From: Felis catus
Lineage: Eukaryota
Reading direction: 5' to 3'
Assembly: GCF_018350175.1 (NCBI RefSeq)
Contig: NC_058368.1
Location: forward strand, 238,144,001 to 238,208,000
Length of the DNA stretch: 64,000 bases
In this document: one piece after another, positions 51,048-60,476 of the stretch
Numbering within the stretch: the first letter of the stretch is position 1
How the letters are laid out: each line of letters opens with the position of its first letter
Translations under genes and position numbers: made by a program
The notes under the pieces: generated by a model
What the model was told of the DNA's origin: nothing
Databases searched by the model: none
The model's input: the letters and a program-made list of their open reading frames with translations, nothing else

Positions 51048-51299
51048 TTCCTGATGACCACCAACTCCCTGAGCACGTGCTGCGAGTCCGGCGGCCGCAC
51101 GCTGGCCGACTCGGGGCCCGCCGCCTCGGCCCAGGCGCCCGTCTACTGCCCGGTCTACGAGAGCCGGCTGCTGGCCACCGCGCGCCACGAGCTCAACTCG
51201 GCCGCGGCGCTTGGGGTGTACGGGGGCCCGTACGGCGGCTCGCAGGGCTACGGCAACTACGTGACCTACGGCTCCGAGGCGTCCGCCTTCTACTCGCTG
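51048..51299 (+). CDS. IRX4: IRX4 coding exon 2 (FLMTTNSLSTCCESGGR…YVTYGSEASAFYSL)
   Basis: Acceptor cccctctctcccccag| and donor CTG|GTAAGG; 252 nt, in frame. The peptide is recognisably IRX4 (CPVYESRLLATARHEL). Confidence 0.96.
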
Positions 51300-51972
51300 G
51301 TAAGGGGAGGGGATTGTCTGAAGCCGTCCTCCGCCACGCCACGCCACGCCCCTGCCCCCGATTTGCCCAGCCCACCTCCCAGGGAGTCCGAGGCGCGGGC
51401 GCAAGTGCCCAGGACCCCGCGCTGCAGGGGGAGCCTCCTGGCCGGGTTCCTCCCAGCACCGCCCGCCCCCAGAGCTCCAGCTCGGCGCCCGCCCCTTGTC
51501 CCGCGCTTTCCTCCTCTGAGCTCCCTACCTTCACTCCTCCCGGTCTCCCTCCTCCTCCCTCCCAGTGCCCCACCGCTTGGCCCTCCCCTGATCCCTTCCC
51601 CCTCCTCCCCCCAGCTCGTCTCCCCCCTCGCTCCTCCTTCCTCCCTGCGGTCGGTCGGTCCTCTCCTTGGGTCCGGGTCCTCCCTCCTGCTTTCTCCCAA
51701 CCCCCACCTGTCTCCTCTGCCCCCCTCTCCCTCCAACCTCATTCTTCTCTCTCCTACTCCCCGACCGCCCCCCCCCCCAATTCTGCGCGTCCTCTCTCCC
51801 CATCTTGAGGCTTCTTTGCTCCCTGGGCCCAAGAGAGTCCGGGGGTGGGGGTGGCTTATGAGGCTGCCCAGGGGTCTGTGCAAAGCGTGCAGGAGCCAAG
51901 GGGCCTGGGGGGCTGGGGTTGAGCTGGGTCGCCTCCCGGAAGCTGCGACCCCAGGCGCGTGGGATCCTACAG

Positions 51973-52085
51973 AATGGCTTCGACTCCAAGGACGCGCCGG
52001 GATCTGCGCATGCGGGCCTCGCGCCTGCTGCGGCCGCCGCCTACTACCCCTACGAGCCGGCGTTGGGCCAGTACCCCTACGACAG
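51973..52085 (+). CDS. IRX4: IRX4 coding exon 3 (NGFDSKD…AAYYPYEPALGQYPYDR)
   Basis: Acceptor ctacag| and donor CAG|GTGAGG; 113 nt. It encodes the conserved YYPY…LGQYPYDR motif that precedes Irx homeodomains. Confidence 0.92.
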
Positions 52086-52965
52086 GTGAGGGACCGGCGG
52101 ACAGAATCCCTCCTCACTGCCCCCGCCCGGGCCCCTGCGCTCCATTCAGTCGTCAAACTCCGCACCACCAGCCCCACGCCCCCTGTGAATCTTTGGGCGG
52201 CTGGGGAGGGATTTCGGGTCAGGTTTCAGCTGACCTTGCGTTAGTCCGAGCCCCGCCCCCTTGGCAAGCCTTGCCCCACTGGGCAAATGCGTCCCCAGCC
52301 TCTCCCTCTCGCTCCCTTCTCTGTCTGGACCCTCACAGCCCTGGCTGCACTGTGGTTCTGGGCGGCTGTCAAGTCTCCCAGCCCAGGCTCCAGACGCCTC
52401 CCTCTGCCCAAGAGCCCAGCCCACCTTTCCCTTTGGTGGGAACCAGAAGGGGGAGTCCAGTCTGTTCATCCAGAGACGCGTGGCCCATCTTGGGGGGAGG
52501 AGGGTGACAATTATAAATTTAACTGCAGGAAGTCCACATAGGCCGTCTGGACGCTTTCTCCCCACGGACACTAATGACCACCCCTGCCCACGGCTGTTAC
52601 ATAGTTGGGTTCACATTTCTGTGGTTCGGGGAATCAAAAGGGTAGGCGAGGGGCCCCATAAAGGAACCTGAAGAAATAGATGTCTATGTAGGGTGACAGA
52701 GACCTGGCCAGGCCTTGAGCCCGCGTTGCACTCCGGCTAGGAAGGAGCCCAGGCTCCCTGTAAGTTGAATCAAATATAAACATCTTGGGCCACAAAAGGC
52801 TGTGCCTGTGGGCCGTGGCGAGGAACCAGGGGCCTGGGTTTGACCCAGGTCTTACCACCATAAACACACTCCCACGACGGGGACTGAAAGCCTGCCTGGG
52901 CCTTGGCCCGCCGCCCGCGATGCAAGGGTCTCGGCCCAGCGCCCCATTGCCCAGCCTGTCTCCAG

Positions 52966-53294
52966 GTACGGGACCATGGACAGCGGCACGCGGCGGAAGA
53001 ACGCCACGCGCGAGACCACCAGCACGCTCAAGGCCTGGCTGCAGGAGCACCGCAAGAACCCGTACCCCACCAAGGGCGAGAAGATCATGCTGGCCATCAT
53101 CACCAAGATGACCCTCACGCAGGTGTCCACCTGGTTCGCCAACGCGCGCCGGCGCCTCAAGAAGGAGAACAAGATGACGTGGCCCCCGAGGAACAAATGC
53201 GCGGATGAGAAGCGACCCTACGCGGAGGGCGAGGAGGAAGAAGGGGGCGAAGAGGAAGCCAGGGAGGAGCCCCTCAAAAGCACCAAGAATGAAG
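52966..53294 (+). CDS. IRX4: IRX4 coding exon 4: TALE homeodomain plus acidic tract
   Basis: Encodes [64 protein letters not shown], with the PYP TALE loop and WFANARRR. Acceptor tctccag|, donor AAG|GTGGGT; 329 nt. Confidence 0.98.
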
Positions 53295-53749
53295 GTGGGT
53301 GGGACCTGCAATGCTAAGGCTGGGGCACCGAGGCCGGGGACTCCCTGTGCCTTCTTCTTGGGTTCTGGGACCTCTGAAGACATTGAACCTGGGGTAGTAA
53401 GAGCAAACTGTCAGGGCACGGGCAACAAATGAAATGAGCTGACCCATGGGGGCCCTGACCTGGGGGCCTGCGGGAGTAACTGGGAACAGGCTTAAAGAAA
53501 TCCAAAACAGCGCTTAAAACAATAGACACACTCCTCCTCCCCCCACCCCCCATTGATTTGAGCAGGAAATCGCTAGGCTTCTTTGTTACCGCTTGGGGTT
53601 CTGGAGCAGGTGGGAGGTACAGGTGCTTCTCCTAGCTTGGGGGCGGGGGGCGGGCCCATAACTATGCGGCAGAGCTAGGAAGGAAGAGGTCGGTCCAGAT
53701 TAGCGCCTTCCTCTCTTCCTGCACTGCCCCCTCTTTCTACCCCGCGCAG

Positions 53750-54573
53750 AGACGGTGGGCAAAGGGGAGAAGGATCTAGAACTCACAGACTTGGAGGATT
53801 TCGACCCGCTGGAGGCGGAGCCCCCTGAGTGCGAGCTGAAACCGCCCTTCCAGCCCCTGGACGGCGGTCTGGAGCGCATCCCCGCCGCGCCTGACGGTCC
53901 AAGCGCCCCGGGAAAGGAGGCTTCCGGCACCCTCCGGATGCCCCTGGCCGCTGGTGGCGCGGCCGCCCTGGACCAGGACCTGGAGAGGGCCAGAAGCTGC
54001 CTCCGGAGCGCGGCGGCTGCGCCCGAGCAGCAGCCTGGCGCTGGGGGCGGCTCGCAGGCCTGCGAGGCCAAGCTGGGCTTCGCGCCGGCTGGGGCGACGG
54101 CGGGCCTCGAGGCCAAGCCGCGCATCTGGTCGCTGGCTCACACGGCCACCGCGGCCGCCACAGCCCTGAGCCAGACTGAGTTCCCCTCGTGCATGCTGAA
54201 GCGCCAAGGCTCCGCTGCCCCTGCGGCTGCTTCCTTGGCTCCTGCGTCGTCCTCGCCTGCGGCCCCGGCCCCCACTGGTGCCCTGGACAGGCACCAGGAC
54301 TCCCCGGTAACCAGTCTCAGAAACTGGGTGGATGGGGTCTTTCACGACCCTATCCTCAGGCACAGCACTTTGAACCAGGCCTGGGCCACCGCCAAGGGCG
54401 CCCTCCTGGACCCAGGACCGCTGGGACGCTCCCTGGGGGCAGGTGCCAACGTGCTGACGACGCCCCTGGCGCGCGCTTTCCCGCCCGCCGCGCCCCACGA
54501 CGCCCCGACCGCAGGCTCAGCCAAGGAGCTGCTGGCGGCGCCCAAGGCGGGGGGCAAGCCCTTTTGCGCCTAA
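53750..54573 (+). CDS. IRX4: IRX4 coding exon 5 (terminal), containing the IRO box
   Basis: Acceptor ctctttctaccccgcgcag|. IRO box KPRIWSLAHTAT at 54115-54150, plus TEFPSCM and DSPVTSLRNWVDGVFHDP motifs; TAA at 54571-54573. The exons sum to 45+252+113+329+824=1563 nt, or 520 aa. Confidence 0.96.
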
Positions 54574-55130
54574 CGGGCCCCGCCCCGCGCGGAGGAGGAG
54601 CAAACGGGGAGCCGGCCTGCTGCGCGTCGCAGACTCTGTTTCCACGGAGTTTCCAAAGCAGGACGGGAGCGCGTCCAAGTGCAGGCAGCCCACCCGCCGT
54701 GGGGGGACCGGCCGAACTCGGCCCTCCCGGCCACAGACCCCGCCTGGACAAGCATTGGTCCGGGCCATTTCCGACCTCCGCCCCGGGCCCCAGCCGGGTA
54801 GGGACGCTCCCAGAGCAGAAGGGAGCCGCCCCGGAGCCTAAAGTTTACGTCCCAAAGTTTACACGGACCAGACATTTCAGCTCTGAGGCTTAGTTTTGCT
54901 GCCTCCTCCCGGGTTTGAGGCATCCTTGCTCCTTCCGAAGACCCCTCAGCCTGCTGACCCGCGTTGTCCTCAGCACATCTTCCAGCAACCGCACTCCCAC
55001 CTGTTTACACTGTTGCACACTCGTAACTCGATAAAATTACGGTTTTTTACGTGTATGTTCACACCAATAATTGCCTGCTTCAGAGGCTGATATAACAAAC
55101 CAATAAAGCGAGTGATGGTGTTTGCATTGC
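54574..55130 (+). other. IRX4: IRX4 3' UTR (end approximate)
   Basis: Runs from the stop codon to about 20-25 nt past AATAAA and becomes AT-rich towards its end. Confidence 0.7.
55102..55107 (+). terminator. Polyadenylation signal AATAAA of IRX4
   Basis: First canonical AATAAA I see after the stop; upstream TGTA at about 55052. Confidence 0.8.
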
Positions 55131-55439
55131 AAAATGAACACGCTTCACACCCAGGGGGTTGAGGTCTTGCCCAGGAAAGGTGCTAATCGCCCAGGGCAGG
55201 AGGGGGCTGCGGCCTGCCCAGTGCCCCGCGAAGTGTCCCCGCGGAGCCCAGACGTCCTGCTTCAAAGCCCCGTTTATAGCAACGGTTACAGGAACTTCCA
55301 GGAATTTTGGAGTCTGTGAGAGAAGTGCACAGGCCCTAAACTTCAAACTCTCCCCCGTTACCACACTCCACAATGCTGAGAAAGTGGGGGCTTCCCTTGC
55401 AAGATTAGAGTAACTTTTAAACTTGCTAAATTCCCTGGA

Positions 55440-56900
55440 ACTGGGGGGGGGGGGGGGGGCGGGGCGGGGGGCGTGGACTGCGTTCCGACTGTCCTGAGCC
55501 GAGGTGACGCGGCCTTCCCGCCCCCGGCCCCGCCTCCCCTCCCTCCTGGGACCCGCCGCCCCGCCCGCGCTCCGAAAGCCCGGGGCTGCGCCCGGGGGGG
55601 GGGGGAGGCGAGCGCTTAGTCGGCTGCGGGTAGAAGGCGGGGCTGGGAGTGGAGGCCCCGGGGCGGGGGCGGGGGCGGGGGGCGAGCCCCGCCTGGCCCC
55701 GGTTCCCGCGCGCTTCCAGCCCTGGGTTCCCGCTTCCCTCCGGCCCCCACCCCCACCCCCGCGGAGCCCGGCCCGGCCCGCACCTCCGAGCCCAGGAAGC
55801 TCTCGGGGCGCTCCCTCCGGTGGCGCGGGCCCCTGGAGGGCGGCGGGGAGCGCTGCGCTCTGCACTCGGGGTCCCCTCGCCGGCCAGCGCTCGGCTGCAG
55901 GGGCCTCGTCGCAGTCGCAGGCGTCCCGAGGAAGGACGGATCGGCAAGTCGGCGAACCTGCCGGGGGGCGGGGGGCCTTGGAGGCGCCCGCGAGGCGGAG
56001 TCCCTCCCTGCGAGGGTTGGGACTGGACAGGGGCCCGCCCCCGCGGGGTCCCGGGCCGCCGGGGAGCCGCTCCGGGGCGGGCCTCGAGCGCTGGCGGCCA
56101 GAGGCCGGTGTCGGGGTCCGCGCCCCAGAGCGACCGGACCTCGACCCCCGGCCCCTGAGAGAAGGGGGCGGTCCCGGACCCCGGTGGCCGGGCGGGCGCC
56201 GCGCCCCAGGCCTGTCCGGGCCGCGCGGTAATTGGATTGTATCCGCGCGCTGTCACCGTATTGACTTTCGCTCCCGTGGATGATATCATCGGGACTCGGA
56301 GGCTCACCGCTGATGCGCCTGTCAAAGGCTGGGCGGGGGCCCCCGGCCCGGTGAGCGAGCATCAGCCAAGATAATTTGAAGTGAAATTTTCATTTTGACA
56401 GTAAACCCCTCAATTTCTAAAGGCTCCGCGCTCCGAGAGCTCGCTGGCAGGGGGAGGCTTTGCGGAAAGCCCACGTCTTAGACTGAAAAGGGCAAAAGAA
56501 CTCGAATTAGTTGTAATAGATAAAAGGGCAAAAATAAAGAGTCAAGGGTACTTGACAGTAATAGCGAGAGTGGAGTCTCGGGGGAGACGCGTTGCGGCCG
56601 CGGCTGGGGCGCCAGGAATTTTAATGCGGCCGAGGGCGGCTGCCCCCGCGCCCCCACCCCAGCCCCAGACAAAGCCAGACATTTTCAGCAAAAATGAGGC
56701 TTCGCTGACGCAGGCGGCGCGGCGGGCGGGGTAGGGGCTGTGGGGGCCGCGGGGCCCGGGCCCCGGAGCGGGTGGCAGGGGCTGTGGGGGCCGCGGCCGG
56801 GTCTGGACCCCCGCCCCCCCCTCCCGATCCCCCGCAGCCAGTCCGGGGTGGGTGGGGGGGGCCCAGAGGGCTCCCGCTGCCGACCACGCCTTGGCCCTGG
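55440..56900. promoter_or_regulatory. CpG island 3' of IRX4 with G-run tracts and an embedded motif-rich patch (56225-56530)
   Basis: Dense CpG, (GGGGC)n GC boxes, and three TGACAG/CTGTCA sites. Confidence 0.6.
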
Positions 56901-57419
56901 AGACCTCACACTCTGGGCAGGGTCTGTGGCGCAGGAAGCCCGGCCGGTCCCCGCAGACTGGAGGTCAGAATCCCGCACCGCAGGAGCCCCCAGACCTTGG
57001 TGGCGCCAACTGGAAGAGACTTGTTTGATTAATCTGCAAAATTGTGGGGATAAAGACATCAGGTGGGGGCGGGGAGTCAGCCACGCACCCCCCACCACCA
57101 CCACCAGGGGCTGTCCCTTGGACCTCCCCCTTACCTTTGGGGGCAATGCTCTGGAAGGCTGGCCGTAGGCACCCTTACCCCCAAGTGGCCTGTGTGCCCC
57201 GGGGTGGGGGTCAGGAGGCGGATCCCCTCAGTGAGGGGGAGGGGACGGGACGCCGCCGCCGGGGTGGGGAGGGTGGAGACCCGGATTTTAAGGGTCCGTG
57301 GTGTGCTGGGGAGAAAGGTCGTGGTGGGGGGGCGGGGCCCCGCTTCCCTCCCGGGAGGCTGTCAGGGCAGCGGCGCTGGGGACCGCGCTCCCAGCCACTC
57401 AGGCGTGGCCAATTCAGAC

Positions 57420-57860
57420 ACACCAAGGAAGGGCTGCTAAATTAACGGCGCTCTTTACATAGCGCCCAAATAAAACTGTAATCAGCGGCGCGTTACTTTT
57501 CATTAAGCGAGTCTGACAGCAGCATATCCAGACCCGACAGGGAAATATACGGCGGCGGCCGCCCGGTCTAAGATAATTCCTTAAGCTCCATTAACAACTC
57601 TTAGCCGCGGGAAATGGGCTCCCGGAAAACGTCTCCAAATCTAAGAGCTTTATCGACCCTCAAACCGCCGCTGATGCCTCCATTTCTTTCTTTTTTTTTT
57701 TCTCTTTCTACCCCCCCCCCTTTTTTTTTTTAACATAAGGGAGACTCGTCCAGCGAGGTAATAGAGTTTGACACGACACCTTCTTAACTAGAGAGAGAGG
57801 CAGGGACACCAGCCCTTAAATGATATTTAAAAGGCAACCAATTAAGATTTAAAGTGATGG
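57420..57860. promoter_or_regulatory. Candidate downstream conserved non-coding element
   Basis: AT-rich, non-repetitive patch that retains CpGs, with several TAAT/ATTA cores, TGACAG and AGATAA. Confidence 0.45.
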
Positions 57861-60000
57861 TCTCCTGAGACTGCCCGATTCATGCCCCCCACCTCTCCCC
57901 GGGCCTGCCTGCCTGCCTGTGGCTGCACGCGGCCGGCCCGCCCCTCCGTCTCTCTCCCTCTCCCCGGCCTACCCGCCGTGTGTCCCCCTCTCCATTTTGT
58001 CTGTGTCTTTCTCTTGCATAAAACAAGAGACAGAAAAGATCCTTCCGTGCTCCAGTCCTCCCCAGTGGGAGGATTCTTGGGACCGCCTGTCTCCTAAGGC
58101 ACATAGTAGCGGGTGGAGGGACACTGAGCCTGGCTCCCCCTGCGGACATCCAGCTGGCCACGTGGTGTCCCCGGTGCCCGGGGGCCCAGACGAGGCCTCT
58201 CCAGTGGGGTGTGGGCGCCCAGGCTGCAGGCCGGGAGGTCAGACTCGCTCACGGCGGGCAGGCCGTCCGGTGAAGGGACAGCCCAGGTTGGGGCGGGTGG
58301 CACTTGGTACCAGGGGAGCTCTCTGAAGCGCCTCCTTCCAGCTGGTCCAATTGAGGCAGAGGGAGTCCCCCGCCCAGAGCTGCTGTCCTCTGCGCCAGGG
58401 CACCAGGAAGACGCCGTTCCCTCCCTCACAGTGACGGTGACACCGGCCAGGGTATTCGCCCCATTGGTGCCACTAAAGCCGGAGAACCTGGAAAGCCCCT
58501 CGGCCAGGATCACGGCGTGGGAAGACGGTGAAGTCCTGGGAAGGAAACACCGTGACCTTTCCATCTGACCCTGTCTGGAACAGTGGGGCCCTGGAGGAAG
58601 AGAAGGGGGGGGAGGAGGGGGGCCTTCAGGGAGGAGGGGGGCAGGGAGGAGGAGGGAGGACTGCCTTCCCGCATGTCTGGCATCAGCTTCATGAAATTGG
58701 GAAGAAACTGCCTTTTCCCCGGAGGACTCTGGCCCTGGGGTGAAGAGGGGTTTACTGAAGCCCCGGGACCAATCAGGCCCCTGCACATTGGGGGATCCCT
58801 GAGCGGGCAGTGCCCCCACTTTGCTGCTGGGGTGCAGTGGGGAAGGCACTGGGGCAGGACTGTACGAGGCGAGGCACCCGTCTCACCGGCCTGGGAGGGG
58901 GGGGTGTCTTCCCTGGCCCCGGCCCCCCCCCCCCCCCCCGGGGCTTATTGCCACTTCCAAGGAGATCTAAACACGAAGGGTGGAGTTCAGGAGCCAGAAG
59001 CCCCACCCGCTAAGAGCCTTAATGTCTTGAACTAAGCCCACCGAGTGAGCGCCCAAAGCAGGAATTAGAGCGAGAAGGGGCTTGTGCAGGCTTGGCGTGA
59101 ACCCTGGCCCACGCGGGGTGGCTGATGCCTCCCTTTCAGCAATCCAACCGGAATTCTGTGTCCGTTACAGTGGTGTGGTCACTCCAGGGAGGAGCTCCCA
59201 CAAAAGGAGCTGAATGTCTGTAGCAGCATCCGACCTCCACTTCTGGTGTCGATGCAGACGAGACCGAGCGGGGCCGCCTGTGTGCTTAGGGACTCTGTCA
59301 TCTGGCCGGGAAACAGTCATGATGGGAGTAGAACTAATGGGGGCATCAATGTGGGGGGTGCACCAGCCTGGTCCTCCCTGCCTTTGCTTCTCAAGGCACT
59401 GCGCTATCTTAAAGGCGTAATAACCCTTACGTTCGTCCGATCGAGCCGGTGGAAGGAGCTGATGGGGTCACGTGCACAACACTTGTGTGAACCCCGTTTC
59501 CACCGGCCCGGGGTTTGCAGATGCCGTGCTGAGGGAGAGGCACTGAGTGTCGGCCTGCCCGGCCTCAGCAGGTGCAAGCAGGCCTGGCCAGGAGAGGCTG
59601 GGAGAGCAGGAGGGGCCAGGCCCCAGAAGCTATTCAGCAGGTCGGGCACTCGTGTATGTCGTCGCTGCTTGCGCCTGTCCTGCTGGGATGATGCCCCGGG
59701 CCGGCCGTGGTGAGCTGGGAGGGCCCACAGCTGGCCTGGCGAGGGCCTTTGTGACAGACGGAGCAGGAGGAGGGAGAGCATTCACGGTGGAGGGAGGGGC
59801 CAGTCCAGAGGCCAGGGCACCGGAAGTGACAGGACTCACACGGGTGAGTGCAGGGGAGACAGGGACAGCAACACCAGTCAAGCCGGACTGAGGAAAGTGT
59901 AGCTGGGACAGTGAGCAGGGGGGTAGCTTCAGGTCACCTGCCACAGCCCCCTAGGGGCAGGAAGTCACCCAGTTCCCAGGGCAGGGCTGGGATGCAGTGG

Positions 60001-60476
60001 CTAGGTGTAGACAGGCGGGTGTAGGCAGGCCAGTGTAGGCAGGTGAGTGGAGAAGGGGGGTGTAGACAGGCGGGTGTAGACAGGTGGGTGTAGGCAGGCC
60101 AGTGTAGGCAGGCGGTGGAGAGAAGTGGGTGTAGACAGGCGGGTGTAGACAGGTGGGTGTAGGCAGGCCGGTGTAGGCAGGTGAGTGGAGAGAGGTAGGT
60201 GTAGACAGGCAGGTGTAGACAGGTGGGTGTAGGCAGGCCGGTGTAGGCAGGTGAGTGGAGAGAGGTAGGTGTAGACAGGCGGGTGTAGACAGGTGGGTGT
60301 AGGCAGGCCGGTGTAGGCAGGTGAGTGGAGAGAGGTAGGTGTAGACAGGCGGGTGTAGACAGGTGGGTGTAGGCAGGCTGGTGTAGGCAGGTGAGTGGAG
60401 AGAGGTAGGTGTAGACAGGCGGGCGTAGTCAGGTGGGTGTAGGCAGGTGGGTGTAGACAGGCGGGTGTAGCAGGTG
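60001..60476. repeat. Minisatellite: 14-bp monomer (GGTGTAGRCAGGYG) arranged in a 70-bp higher-order unit, about 6.5 copies
   Basis: GTGAGTGGAGAGAGG recurs at 60181, 60251, 60321 and 60391, an exact 70-bp period equal to 5 x 14 bp. Confidence 0.97.

Larger units (their letters stand above)
48900..51480. promoter_or_regulatory. CpG island spanning the IRX4 proximal promoter and coding exons 1-2
   Basis: Very high CpG density, a perfect CRE TGACGTCA at 50180-50187, and a homeodomain-site cluster at 49820-49955. Confidence 0.8.

Noticed and set aside
50781..52244. 487-aa ORF as a single-exon gene
   Set aside because: It is IRX4 exon 2 read through into GC-rich introns 1 and 2. Only 51048-51299 is coding in that frame.
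53295..53317. Intron 4 read-through ending GGWDLQC* as the true C-terminus
   Set aside because: A valid donor at 53295 and an in-frame exon 5 with the IRO box exist. Nothing in the sequence supports retention.
52634..54498. Antisense ORFs (249 aa and 240 aa) over IRX4 exons 4 and 5
   Set aside because: These are shadow ORFs expected from high-GC3 codon usage on the sense strand.
50521..54573. Assignment to another Iroquois paralogue (for example IRX6)
   Set aside because: The N-terminus MSYPQFGYPYSSAPQFLM, the CPVYESRLLATARHEL motif and the C-terminal SLRNWVDGVFHDP motif match IRX4 as I know it.
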